Below, piece after piece: positions 1-12,840 of a stretch of DNA of 64,000 bases. Origin of the DNA: Felis catus. Taxonomy: Eukaryota. How positions within the stretch are numbered: position 1 is the first letter of the stretch; each line of letters begins with the position of its first letter. The notes under the pieces are model-generated. The model worked only from the letters and a program-made list of their open reading frames with translations. It had not been told where the DNA came from and ran no database searches. The position numbers and the translations under genes are program-made. The stretch covers positions 155,932,001-155,996,000 of the forward strand of contig NC_058368.1 of NCBI RefSeq assembly GCF_018350175.1, given 5' to 3'.

Positions 1-569
1 AAATACACACAACTACAAAAACAAATATCACAAGTGTTTAGCTTTGAGTGTAATTATAAGTGCTATTAAGGAATTTATAAGACTATAAACCAAAAAAAAT
101 AGCTCTAAATACTGAAATTTCAAGCAGTCATAGACTTTATTAATACATTGAAAATAATCAGATTTCTAATCTTATTACTCCAGGCATTTGAGCAATGTTT
201 ACACACATGAAGAGGGCAAAAAGAAACAAGCTGATCTTCAGCAAGCATCTAATAACTGCTTTAGATATAGAGGGCTTGGGAGTAGATATCAACATGTGGT
301 ATTTCACAAAGATTATAAAAGCTCTAAGATCAGTGACCTTTATTAAATCAGCAGAACTATAGTTTCCTACCATTTTTCTTTCATTTACTTAATACAAATT
401 TATTAACTGCCTCAAACATATCAGATTTGTATTTGACAGAAATGATGCAAAAGGTAGTAGAGCATATGACTAAAACAACTGATACTAGAGCTGGAATGCT
501 TCTGTTTACATTTTACCTCTACCATCTTTTCTATGTATTTCCAAGGGCAAGTTACTTAACCTCCAGTTC

Positions 570-907
570 TGCAGTAAAATGTTAATAGCAGGCTTAGGAT
601 GTTCAAACTGTGTATAAAGAAAGGGCTGGCCCTTGACTAGCTTCTGGAAAATAACCAATAAGGCCTTGGAATATCATGCGTGATAAAAGTGTCTCTGCAC
701 ACACAAAGCCATGGGCCATGTTATACAGTTTATACTAACCATGTAAGATTTATGATGAGTGTATGCTTTTATCTACCTGAGTCCTGCAGCAAGCTCTATC
801 AGTTTGATCTCTGTGGGGGCTGGAAACTGAGTACTTGTCAATGATGGGGGCACTCCCTGCCTAGGTGACTGACACCCCCAGTCGTGCATGCACACACGTG
901 CGTGCGT

Positions 908-961
<54 letters not shown>

Positions 962-1255
962 CCTGGACTCCAAAGTCACAGGGGAGCTTTCCTGGTTGGT
1001 AAGACTTTGCACTTGATGTCACACACTGGTATTGGGAGATTAAGCACTTTCCATATGACTGTACTGACATAAAAGTGAAAGCTAGTACCTGGTCTCTCCT
1101 GTACTTCTGCCCTACATGCTTCTTCCCTTCACTGATTTTAATCTGTATCCTTCCACTGCAATAAAATAAAACCGCGGATATAACAGCTTTTCTGAGTTCT
1201 GAGAGTTCTTCCAGCAAATCGTCAAACCTGAGGGTTCTGAAGGATCCTCAACACA
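570..1255 (+). mobile_element. Solo ERV LTR, MER77-like, containing a (CA)n microsatellite
   Basis: Begins TGCAGTAAAATGTTAATAGCAGGC and ends ...CCTGAGGGTTCTGAAGGATCCTCAACACA (TG...CA), with AATAAA at ~1160; resembles the recalled MER77 consensus. Confidence 0.7.
912..960. repeat. (CA)n microsatellite
   Basis: Directly visible perfect CA run; source of spurious CVCV/HTHT ORFs. Confidence 0.98.
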
Positions 1256-2609
1256 GTAACATTGTTTCCACATCTAAAAAATGTATTTAATATTAGCACT
1301 TACTTAAAGAATAGGTGTGGGGATCAAAAGAATTAAGGTATGTTAGGTGCTTACAATAATGCCCAACATATAATGTTTGCTGTTTCTCATGCCGTTATAA
1401 AAATAAGTGGACCTAATAATTGAATGGCTCGGTCTAGTGACAGAGGACATTAAATAATTAAATTGCAAGTGCTAAAAAATATGCATGATACAGCAGAGGA
1501 ACAAAGAACATCATCGTTTCCTTCTTCCTATCCCCAACACTACAGTCTTCATTTCTCATTTCCTAAGTGAACTGTTGAGTGTATCCTCATGAGAGTGTCT
1601 GTAATCCTTGCAGGCTTCCCTGACATAGTATCTAGCAGCACCACCACAACTAATGCCTGGTCCAATATTCCTTTAACTTAACTCCACACTCTTAGAATCC
1701 ATTCCCACACATACTCCCCTCATTTCTGTAGATACAAATGAACAAAAACTATCAAGTTATTTTTGGGGTATATCATACTTCCTCCTGGTTTAAATCGTAT
1801 GCCTTACCCTCTGGGGCCTGTGTGGACTCAAGTCTGATCATAGGTCTAGAAGCAATGAAATGTGGTCAGAATAAGAAGAGGAACAGCAGTCTGTTGCAGG
1901 CAACTACTTCAGGGGATATTACAGGGTCTTTAGGGCAGCGGGGACAGACATTCCGGGAAGGAGGAGAAGGGCTACAAAGAAGGTTTAACAGAATTTAGAG
2001 ATCCAAGGTTCCTACTTCATCAGAATCTGCCCAAAGGTACCCATATAGGGACCCACTCCTTCTTTCAAGTTTGCAAATTCAAATGGCACCGTAATTCAAT
2101 CACCCACATGATCTATCTTAAAGAAACTCTAGGATTGTAACTCTAGGACATAAAGCGTTCTTTTAGGGTAGCAACAGACACAAATCTGGGTAACTGGACG
2201 TACAGTACGGCCCTACTGAAAACTTAAAATGTGAGAGTGGCCTTGAAACCAGGCATAGGGCTCTGAGAGGAGTGTTACAGAAAATCTAAAATACCCTAAA
2301 GAACCTGTTTATAGAAGCCCCATGATTTTTCCTAAATCTATAAGCAAGGGCTTGCAAGAAAGCAAAGTAAATGTTAACTGGAAATTTGAGGAAAGAGGTT
2401 CCTTGCTAAGTAGTAGCAGAAACTTCAGCAACACTGCCCATGGAGTTATACAGACAGAAGAAAATATGACTAACAAAGTGTCTGATCTAGCTAAGGAGAA
2501 ATCCAGAGTGTTGAATGCGCCACCTCGTTCATTTTGCTGCTTCTAGTAAAACTTGCGAAGTGAGAGAGACAATAAGGAAAGGGCTGTTAAAGAGAAAGGA
2601 GACAAGACT

Positions 2610-3231
2610 CCCCCTACAAAAGATACTGTCAAGAGATGAAAAGCCAAGCCACAAACTGAGAGAAAATATTTGCAAAAGACATTTCTGATAAAGGTATCTC
2701 ATCTAAAATAGACAAAAAACTCTTAAAATTTAACAAGAAAACTGGGCCAAAGCCCTGAACAGATGCTTTACCAAAGATATACAGATGGCATGTAAACTTA
2801 GAAAAAGATGCTACACATCATAGGTCATTACAGAATTGCAAATTAAAACAACAACGAGATACTACTACATACCTATTAGAATGAACAAAATCCTAAATGC
2901 TAACAACACCACGTGCTGGCAAGGGTAGAGAGCAACAGGAACTCTCATTCTTTGTTGCTGAGAATGCAAAATGGTACGGCCATGTTGGAAGCTAATTTGG
3001 CAGATTCTTACAAAATTAAACATACTCTCACCATATAATCCAGGAATCACACTCCTTGGTATTTACCCAAATGAACTGTAAAACTTCTGTCCACACAAAA
3101 GCCTGCATACAGATGGTTTATAGCAGCTTTATTCATTACTACCAAACTCAGAAACAACCAAAATGTCCCTCAGTAGGTGAATGAATAAATCAACTGTGGT
3201 ACATCTATACAATGAAATACTATTAAGCACT

Positions 3232-3276
<45 letters not shown>

Positions 3277-3990
3277 TACCAAACCATGAAAAATTAGCAA
3301 GGAACTTTAAATGCATATTACTAAGTAGAAGAAGCCAATTTGAAAAGGCTACATACTACATGATTCCAACTATAAGACATTTTGGAAAAGGCAAAACTAC
3401 AGAGACAGTCAAAAGTTTAGTGGTGGGCAGGGGGTAGGGGGAAGAGGGGATAAATAGGCAGTGAAACTATTTTATTGTTTTTAAGTTTATTTATTTTTGA
3501 GAGAGAGAGCGTGAGTAGGCAAGGGGTAGACAGAGAAGGAGACACAGAATTCAAAGCAGGCTCTAGGCTCTGAGCTGTCAGCACAGAACCCGATGTGGGC
3601 CTTGAACTCACGAACCCCTGATATCATGACCTGAGCCAAAGCTGGACACCCAACCAAATGAGCCATGCAGGCACCCCAATGTGAAACTATTTTAGCGCAG
3701 TGAAATTATTCTGCACAATACTATGACAGTGCACACATGTCCTTACACATTTGCCTGAACCCACAGAATGCAAAACACCAGGACTGAACCCTAATTTAAG
3801 CTATGGATTTTGGATGATAATGATATGTCAACATAGGTTAATCAGTTGCAACAAATACACCCCTCTGATGGGAGATGTTGACATTGGGGAAACTGTGCAA
3901 GGGCAGAGGCAGGAGGTATATGCGCCACCTCTTAACTTTCTGAATTTTGCTGTGAACCGAGAACTGTTCTAAAAAATAAAATCTGTTAAA
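2610..3990 (+). mobile_element. Old L1 (L1MA/L1MB-like) 3' end: degenerate ORF2 tail plus 3' UTR
   Basis: Degenerate ORF2 C-terminal sequence (GAGAAAATATTTGCAAAAGAC, CAAATTAAAACAACAACGAGATAC) and A-rich tail at ~3970-3995. Confidence 0.85.
3474..3677 (-). mobile_element. Carnivore SINEC
   Basis: Reverse SINEC body with (GA)n and poly-T; TSD GTGAAACTATTTT at 3461-3473 and 3681-3693. Confidence 0.93.
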
Positions 3991-4943
3991 ATAAAATTAG
4001 GCAAATGTTACTAAAATTAATAAATGTTTCTGAGTAAAGAAAAAATCCAGGATATTTCCAGGAAAATATGGTTCAGGAATGAGGCTGAGGGTATATCTGA
4101 AAAAATTTTCATTAAAACCTCAAAAACATTAAAGGTGTTGCCTCAGACTACTAGTCAGTCAGCCATAAGACCCTCTAAAGACATTAGAATGTGCTTTATT
4201 GATCCTCTCAAACAATAAAGCTCTACAAAGATTAAGGGCATTATCCCTCAGCCTTGTTTCCAGAAACCCAAAGTCTAAAAAGATTTATCTCAAAAAAAGT
4301 GTGTTGTGACTTTTGCACAAAAAAATGTATACCAATAGAATTCACATAACATTGACAAGATTTATAAAATACTTACATATTTTTTGCTTAATATATAAAA
4401 GATGTAATAGATCTTAAATGAAGAGAGACTTTTGGACCCCAAAACTCTACTGGCAGGAAGCAAGCTAAGAAAACTACTCACTTTGGAAACATCTGGTATC
4501 TTTCATGAAGAAAGAAAGGTAAAACTAAAAGTATAGAAGGCAAGGCTGAAAATTTCAAAGAATTATTCCCAAGCTGGAGACTTCATCAAGAAACTTCCCA
4601 TATTTGCCCATCTGGATCTCAGAATTGCTATGAACCAGTGACACCTTTGCATCTTCCACTTTTCGCGTTTTAGAACCAGACTGTCTCTAGCAGTTATCCT
4701 ATGCCTGTCCCCACTGTACACAGGGTATTGCAGGCAGGGGAGGCAGACTGAGCAAAGCGTACTCAAAGAGCTGTGCTTAAGGAAATCGAAGGAATCCCAT
4801 CTAAGCCTGGACATGATTGAGATGATGAAATTCTGCACTTTGAGATGATAAAGTACCAGAATGAGACATGGGAGGCCTTGGGAAGCTGTGGTGTACTCTG
4901 CATGTGGGAAGGACATGAACCACTGGGGCCTGGAGGGCAGACC

Positions 4944-5402
4944 ATGGTAGCCCATTTCCTCCCTACTGTTATTCACATCTTCCTGTGGTCTCCTCCCACA
5001 AAGTACCAGAGTTGACCAGTAAGACCAATACTCAACAGGAGAAGATTATCGCCTTGTAGCTTCCACCTTGGGTGCTCTCTCACTCTGTCAGATCCCTCAC
5101 TCTAGAGAAGTCATGCTGTGAGCAGCCCTATGGAGAGGCTCAAGTGGTACAGAAGTGAAGCTTCCTGCCAACAGCCACATGAGTGAGCTTGGAAGCAGAT
5201 CTTCCAGACCCAGTCAAACTACAGATGACTGCAAGCCAGCTGGCACTGTAACTACAAACTCATGAAAGATCCTAAATCGGAACCACCCCTAAGCTGACCC
5301 TAAATTTTGGACTGTAAGAGACTGTGTGAGATAATAAACAGCTTTCATTTTAAGCTGTGAAATTTGGGGATAATTTGTGACACAGCACTAGACAATGTAT
5401 AG
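4944..5402 (+). mobile_element. MLT1-family LTR (MLT1F-like)
   Basis: GCCAACAGCCACATGAGTGAGCTTGGAAGCAGATC and terminal TGAGATAATAAA...TTTAAGCTG...TTTGGGGATAATTTGTGACACAGCA motifs. Confidence 0.8.
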
Positions 5403-7048
5403 TTAAATCCCAAGTGAACACCACTAAAGCTCCCAGATTCATTCATTCTCATCATCGATGAATTGCCTACTGTTTTTCCAATTCAGTAATAATTTATTTT
5501 CTATGTAAGGAAGGAGCTTCCTTCAGATTTACCAAAACAAGAATGCTTTCTTTTACTGTCTCTGTATTAAAAAAAAAAAACAAAAAACAAAAAACAAAAA
5601 AAAAAAAAAACAAAAACAAATAGTGGAAAATTAGCTTACATAACAATATTTTCAAAATTAACGGTTGATCTGGCTGAAAGTCTTTCTTCATTGAGAGAGA
5701 AACCTTACATTTTTAATCAGAACAGTTAAAAACACAAACATATGCTTATTTGGATAAAACTAATTATACATGTTTCTTACTGAAGAAAATATTCAGAATA
5801 AATAAGCTTGTTTTCAATAGTTTGTTTTCAATGGTAAAATTGAAATGCCTAGTTTCTTAAAATTTGCAGTATTCCTAAAGCAGATAAAATTTCCACCATT
5901 ATATCACTCACACTGTTCCAAAATTATAAAACACTACCTATAAACAATAATACTCTAATTGCAATTACCTGTCAAATACATTAGCACAAACCGATTTATC
6001 ATGTTAGTCACCTAGAAAAAAGTAGGCAAGATTCTAAAAGAACAATGATGAATAAAAAATGCTTTGATGCTGGCAGAAAAAGGTCCAAATTGGTCTCCAG
6101 TAAATCCAATTTTTGTTGGATCCTAGAACCAAACCAAGAGCCATCCTGTTTAAGTTCAGGACATAATACAACCTACAGGAAAGACCCGACCACTGCCTTA
6201 ACAGCAGCTTAAGGGAGATCACTGTGGTAAAATGGGATTAAAAAATCTAATTTACAGGATAAGCTATCAGTTTGCAAGGGAGTCTACAACCCAATCACCG
6301 TAGACATGAGGAAAATAAAAATGAAAGGGTGCAATATAGCCACCGAAAGGCAAAGACAATTACCCATGTTAAAGTCTGTGTAACGCAAGAAAGAAAAATT
6401 CAAAAGTCTATAGGCACCAAAAAGTCAACAGTCAATACAGGCGGTGAGGCCCTAAAAGTCATAAGCTTACAATGTATGAATGTGAAGACTGCAACAAACT
6501 TATTTCAAGGGAGTTGCAATTTGCCCCACTGTTGCTATAAGAATGAAGACCCAGTGTGACTGGAACTTTCTATTTTTCAGGAGAAACCCAAAACCTGTAT
6601 TTTTACTTAAATTAGCTGAAAACTAATTTTATAGCATTAGAAATTGTACAGGTTCATTTAGCCTGGGGATCTCCATTTTCCAAACTCTATCCGATGCAGT
6701 ATTATGGAGGGTACCGTTATCTAGTATTCTCCCATATAGCTCAACAATATCCAGGGCAAAAACAGAAATATCAGTAATAAAATCACTCCAGTGATTGCTT
6801 AGAAGAATAATAATAATTTCCCAGAAAGTGAAATCAGGCCAAAAGTAATTTCTAAAACCAAGCCTAAAATAAATATTCCAACTATATTAGAGGATGTTAA
6901 ACCAAATTAATTAATTTCCAAACTACTTGAGTTAGTACTAGAATCATTTCCATAATATACATAAAAATGATACCATGAAGCATGGGTAGTTCACATCAAG
7001 AGGGTATGTCACTATCTCACCATCAATCAAATTTTAAAACTTTTTTCA

Positions 7049-7410
7049 GGGGTGTCTGGATGGCTCAGTCAGTTAAGCCTCTGACTCTTTTTTTTTTTTT
7101 TAATAATGTTTGTTTATTTTTGAGTGAGACAGAGCACAAGTAGGGGAGGGGCAGAGAGCGAGAAAGAAGGAGACGGAATCCAAAGCATTTTTTTTTTCAT
7201 TTTCTTAATGTTTATTTTTGAGAGCGAGAAAGAGTTAAGCATCTGACTCTTGGTTTTGGCTCAGATCATGATCCCATGTTTCAGGAGTCTGAGTCCCACA
7301 CTGGGCTCTGCACTGAGAGCTGAGGAGCCTGCTTGGGATTCTGTCTCCCTCTCTCTCTGCCCTTCCAATGCTCACTCTCTCTCAAAATAAATAAATAAAT
7401 GAACATTTTT
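7049..7410 (+). mobile_element. SINEC split by a nested antisense SINE-tail insertion (7090-7232)
   Basis: GGGGTGTCTGGATGGCTCAGTCAGTTAAG head; 19-bp near-perfect duplication at 7071-7089 and 7233-7251 flanks the insert. Confidence 0.9.
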
Positions 7411-7899
7411 TTTTTCAATTAATTTACCTTGAGTTATAATCTTGGTTACAATTCTAGCCTGCTCAATATTGTAAACAAGGCACACAAACCAAGCTATGCT
7501 TACAGATGAAAAGGGTATCAATCACACTCCTTCCGTACCTTAGATATTAACTCTGAATAGTTTTTTTTTTTTTTTTTTTTAAAGAGAGGTAGTACATTTA
7601 GCCACATATTGTATCATTCTTGCTGCTTCCTTATACCAAAACACATATAAGGGCAATGTGATGAGCAGGGGATAAAAATATCAGCTATATCCCACAACAA
7701 CAGTTAATAGTTAAATTGTTGGGTATTAGTTGTGATCATTTCTGTAATGAGCTCTTAAAGGAACTTACAAGGGCTCAAATACACAATCTTAGTCTTACTA
7801 GCATCTCTCCAACCTTTGAACAAATCAACCCTAGGTATGTTATCAATCTAGACTATGTGTAAAATAAATATCCTATCTGCTATACAGAAATGGAAACAG

Positions 7900-8110
7900 A
7901 CACGCCTGGGTGGCTCAGTGTGTGTCCAACTTCAGGTCAGGTCATGTCTCATGGTTCGTGGGTTCAAGCCCTGCATCAGGCTCTGTGCTGACAGCTCAGA
8001 GACTGGAGCCTGCTTCGGATTCTGTGTCTCCCTCTCTCTCTGCCCCTCCCCCTCTCATGGTCTGTCTCTCTGTTTCAAAAATGAATATATATTTTTTTTA
8101 ATTTTAAAAA
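7900..8110 (+). mobile_element. SINEC
   Basis: CGCCTGGGTGGCTCAG head, CTCTGTGCTGACAGCTCAGAG body, CT-rich and A-rich tail; AGAAATGGRAACA flanks both ends. Confidence 0.92.
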
Positions 8111-10708
8111 AGAAATGGGAACATACAATAAATACTTTGCTTCAATTCAGTGATATTTTTCTCTACAACAAAAACTGTTTACATCATCTATACTGCAAAA
8201 ATGAACTATTACCCTGAAACGGAGACACCAACACAGTATCACAGAAAGCAGCACAGTACTGCTGTCTCTAACTTGTCTTTAACTCAGCTGTGAAACCTTG
8301 AGCAAGTCAGTCATCTGCCATCTCATCTGTACCAAATTAATCAATTTTAATTTGGCAAAGAGTGATGAGAAAATAGTGGTACAATTTTTCATTCACTACT
8401 TTAAATTAAAGCAAAGTAATTGGCTTAAATGAGCTTTATAACCGAAATAGCTTAAGGTAGTACCTCAAGAGTATTTTCTAGACAATGACAGTGTACAATA
8501 CAATCAACAGTTTAAAAGAAAAAGTGTTACCTTGAACTAATGGGCCATTAGCTATTATGGACCAAAAAATTCTTTCTTAATTAATCTAAAAAAAACCTTT
8601 TTTACCAATGCTGAACACTGTTAATTTACACAATTATTCATTAAATGACTCAATTAAACCTCATTACTCTACGGATGTAAATAATGTGATACATGGTCTA
8701 GAAAACTTCGTTTATTCCTGTAGGACTATATACACTGCACACCTTTGAAACATGACTACTGAACCAGATGGACTGATACACACATTACCAGATACACACT
8801 AGGTCTTAACTACTGAAGGCCAAGTGGCTGACTTCAGCACCAATCACACACTGAGATGTACCTGGCGATTTGCTCTCTCTCACCCTATCCTCAATCCCAT
8901 TCCAATCTGTAGAGCTATATACTGTCTGTCACCTTGCTGGATCTTATCTCCTCTGCTGCCAGTTTTACTGCTTATTGTCTATCACTGTTACTGATGTCCT
9001 CTGCCACTCTCCACCAACTCACATTCCACTGCTATATTGCTATTCAATACTTCTTTTCTCTGTTGCACCATCTTTATCTCTTCTGTTTCCAGGCCTTCTC
9101 AGTTTCCAGAAAAAAGAGATCTACTTCACAGGCACAGTCAGTCAATCAATATACTCCCTTCCTTCTGATTAAAAAGAAAACAAAAACAAAAACGAAGAAA
9201 AACATCAAAGCAGGTCAGGATGATCCTTGGCTTTTCTGAACTGTTTTCATCGAAATCTAATATTCAAAAAGTTCATTCACTGTTATGAACTGTTATGAAT
9301 GAAAGTCTAATCGTTTCCTTATCAGAGAGGCTAATCTTGACCACACTAGGCAAAATAGCATCCTCTGTGATTCCCTCTCTTCATAAAGGGCTTTATTTTT
9401 TCTTCACAGCTTTTATCAATACTTGATATACATTTATTTGCTCATGTTTTTTCTCCATCTACAATAATGTAAATTCCAGGTGCACAAGGACTTTTTTTGT
9501 TCACTATTGTACTCTCAGGACCTCGAACACCACCTGACACACTGAAGGTGGTCAATAAATATTCATTACATGAATGGATAGATGGCTGTTCACAGCGTAA
9601 CTGATCATATTTCCTTCTTGGTCTTGGTACTATTCTACCACCTACCAGCCTTGCAACAGCCACCAGCCTCTGCCTCAAAGACATCCAGAGTACCCCTGCC
9701 TTTCCCAGGTTAAGTGGGAGGAACACCAGTTTAAAAATCAGAAGCCCGGTACCAACACTGACAGTAATACCTTCATGAGGCACTTCAGACAGTGCTTGCT
9801 TGCTCTGTGAGTCAGTTTTTAATCACCCTAAATAAATGAATACAGTATATCTGCCCTTGCAATATGGGATAAAGAATAAGGATAAAGAATTTACCTCGAA
9901 CACTGCTTTAAAACAAAAAGATACCAAGTATTGCATATAACAAACATCACATTGCACCTATTTTGATAAACATTACGAGGCACTTGCTAGTCTGCAAACG
10001 ACAGGATTTTCCCTCTGCAACTTTTCAAAGGAGGTGGAAAAAAAGAGAAATGCAAGAACACTAGCTGTTAATAAATATCGCTAAAATTTAACTAGTTACT
10101 TGGCCTAACAAATACACACTCTGGAAGATTAGAAGAATATGTTACATCTCTGGATGAGGGAGGGAGAAGACTGCTTCCATTATATATCTAACTTTATTTC
10201 AAAGTCAAAAGTTTAAAAATTCATTCCAGTCAAATGTCCCACCAGAGCTCAAGCATGTTACAAGTTGTGAGCGAATTTTATAACTGCATTTTAATCTTCT
10301 GTTTGCAGTGAATGACTTCTAGTAAAGCTTCGGCAGTTAATTATAATTTTGTAGGGAAAAAAAAGTGTTTAATCAGACAATACCATCCCTCCTAAGAAAG
10401 CGTACGAGGGCCCATTACTCTGTGGTCTCCAGAGCTTAACGAACCCCACATGTTCAGTTGTAACGAAAGTCATCCAGGGAACACACGTGTCCTGCCCCGC
10501 CTAATAAGTGGAAAGAACAGGTGGAACTGCTCTTCAGCGGGGTCCCGGGACAGGGGACACCTGCGCGCAGGGCACACGGCGTGCGCCGTGAGCAGTCTAG
10601 GGCCACAGGGCCAACAATCCCCGCCCGAGACCGACCAGGCCAGCCCTTCCTCTAATTTCCGCCCGGGCCTGCCCCCGGAGCTCACATCCCCGCAAACGCA
10701 GGTCCTAC

Positions 10709-10860
10709 CTGAGCTCTGCCCCCAGCTACAGGGCTGCGGGGGGAGGCGGGAGGAGGCGTGGCCTTCCAGCTCGCCAGTGGAACTCCCTCGTGCGGTTGTT
10801 ATGACTTTCCCTCTCGGGATCCGCGCCCCGACCAAGTTCGAGCCGCACTTCCGGGGTCCG
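10709..10860 (-). other. FAM172A: Non-coding exon 1 (5' UTR) of FAM172A/ARB2A; intron 1 runs off the left edge of the window
   Basis: Minus strand reads GGAAGTGCGGCTCGAACTTGGTCGGGGCGCGGATCCCGAGAGGGAAAGTCATAACAACCGCACGAGGG...GGGGGCAGAGCTCAG|GTAGGA, matching my recollection of the human FAM172A mRNA 5' end; synteny with a KIAA0825-like 3' end upstream agrees. TSS approximate. Confidence 0.8.
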
Positions 10861-10929
10861 CAGAAGACTGAAACGTCATTGCGCATGCGACGGCGGCGGC
10901 GACAATCCGGAAATGGGCGGAGCCCAGTC

Positions 10930-10983
10930 GCTGGGTTGGTTCCTGTGGCGCTAGGTGGGCTGGGAGAGAGAGGCTTGTGGGAG
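10930..10983 (+). ncRNA. Putative exon 1 of a divergent (probably non-coding) transcript
   Basis: Strong donor GAG|GTAAGA just downstream of the NRF1/ETS/GC-box core; no expression evidence available. Confidence 0.45.
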
Positions 10984-11599
10984 GTAAGAGTTTCACTGTT
11001 CTTTTCCCGTTGGCCGGGCTCGCTTTTTCTTCACCTCTTCTTCTGAAGCGAGAGACCCCGCTTCCCAGGTATCCTCAGAGACGGGGCCACCTTGAAGTCT
11101 CGTTCTCCAAGAGAAAATTTAAAAATATGTGCGGGACTGTCCATGCAGCTAATTTCCCACTCTCCCACTCATGTTTTATTCAGCTTTACCCAGTCCATTC
11201 AATTCCAGAAAAGACAGGAGGTAGGAAAGTCTAGATTTGGAAAAGTAAATTTACTTCAAAGTTATGATTTATAAAGTAGGACATTAAGGTTAGGCACCCC
11301 GACCCTGCGCTTTTCCCTGTCCCCTGAATACTAGTGGGATAGATTGGAAACAGTTGTGGAAACCTGTAGTCACGTGGCTAAGAGGCGTTTGGTTGTAAAC
11401 GCAGGCTTCCTAGCAAAATTCCTGATAGTAAAAATTGCCCACGAAAATCCTTTAGAAGGCCCACAAAGTACAGAATGTGTATGTTGAGCATAAAGTCTAG
11501 ATCTCTAATTCTGCACACTTGAATATGAGACCTTAGGTAGTTTAAAGTTAGAATGAAAGGAAAATTTGTGTATTGATACCTGGTCATTTAAACAATCCG

Positions 11600-12840
11600 G
11601 AGATATCCAAGAGGCAACTCTTAATCTACAACTTAACCATTCAGCAGTGTTTGACACAGTTAATTACATCTTTTTTTTTTTTTTTTGAAACTTGAAACAC
11701 ATTCTTGATTTAACTTTTGTGGAATCATGGTGCGCTTTTGATTCTCCTTTGATAGATTCTTCCTGATTTCTAAATGTTATGCTCCAGACCTACTCCCTTC
11801 TTTATCTGTCCTCATTCCCCATGTAATCTCATCCATTCCCTTCATTGTCTTTTACATAACTTCACTATGCTGATGGCTTCCAAATACCCATATCTAGCTC
11901 TGACTTCTCTGATTACTATACTCACATGTCCAACTTCTTATTCAGCATATTACTAGGGTATTTAACATGCATGTCAAGCTCTATATTTTCTACTTCCAAA
12001 AACTTCCTCTTGCATATCTCTCCATCTCAGTAAATGACACTTGGATTCTTACAGTTGTTCATATTATCCTCTGATTTCTCTTACTCCAACATCCCACATC
12101 CAATTCCTCAGCAAAATATGTTGGCTGTCTTTTCAAAGGGCACTCTAAATCTAATCAGTTCTCAACACCTCTACAGCATTATTCTCATCACTGGAGAGTG
12201 TAATTGTCTCTTAATTGTTCTACAGGCTCCTATTTTTGCTTCCCTACAATCTAGTATCCATCTGGCAGCTACAGAATCTTTTTTTTTTTTGTAAGTTTAT
12301 TTATTTATTTTGAGAGAGACAGACAGCATGAGAAGGGAGGGGCAGAAATAGAAGGGAGAGAGAGAATCCCAAGCAGGCTCTACGCTACCAGTACGGAGCC
12401 CAACCCCAGGCTCGAATCCACAAAACCATGAGATCACAACCTGAGCGGAAACAGTCCAAACCGAGAATCAGACGCTTAACCAACTTATGCACCCAGGCGT
12501 CCCTATAGAATCCTTTTAAAATGCATGTAGGGGCACGTGGATGGCTCAGTTGGTTGAACATCTGAGATTTTATTTCAACTCAGGTCATTATCCCAGGGTA
12601 TGGGATTGAGCCCCATTTTGGGGCGGGAGGGGGGAGCTGCTTGAAATTCTCTTTCTTCCTCTGCCCCTTTTTCCTGCTTGTGTGCACTCTCTCAAAAAAC
12701 AACTAAATATAAAATAAAATATATCAGAATTTGTTACTTCCCTGTTCAAAACTTTTAAGAGCGTCTCTACTCGAATAGAAGAGAATCCAAAGTTGTTTTC
12801 ACAAAAGTATAAGATCCTGCACGTTCTGGCCCCTGGCCAC
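11600..12840 (-). mobile_element. Degenerate L2 fragment interrupted by two SINECs (12279-12503 minus; 12529-12720 plus)
   Basis: L2-like motifs (TCAGCAGTGTTTGACACAGTT, ATGCTGATGGCTTCCAAAT, CCATCTCAGTAAATGAC); both SINECs have recognisable heads and tails. Confidence 0.7.

Larger units (their letters stand above)
2100..4943 (+). mobile_element. MaLR (MLT1) internal region, interrupted by an L1 3' end (2610-3990)
   Basis: MLT-int-like motifs (GATCTAGCTAAGGAGAAATCC, GCTGCTTCTAGTAAAA) on both sides of the L1, directly abutting an MLT1 LTR. Confidence 0.55.
10450..11100. promoter_or_regulatory. CpG-island bidirectional promoter
   Basis: Sharp GC/CpG enrichment; ETS CCGGAAGTG on minus (10846-10854), CRE half-site ACGTCA (10873-10878), NRF1 TGCGCATGCG (10880-10889), ETS CCGGAAAT (10907-10914), GC box GGGCGG (10915-10920); outward-facing splice donors on both strands. 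Confidence 0.92.

Noticed and set aside
773..1217. ORFs with CVCV/HTHT repeats (also 19575-20076, 29231-29650, 62227-62478)
   Set aside because: Translations of CA/TG microsatellites
6012..6221. Possible minus-strand exon in FAM172A intron 1 (CCACAG| ... TAG|GTGACT)
   Set aside because: Mediocre splice sites; the translated ORF does not resemble FAM172A; no other support
10450..11046. 198-aa plus ORF and 138-aa minus ORF over the CpG island
   Set aside because: GC-rich sequence depleted of stop codons; both cross the core promoter or splice donors; the minus ATG sits inside the NRF1 motif; no recognisable protein
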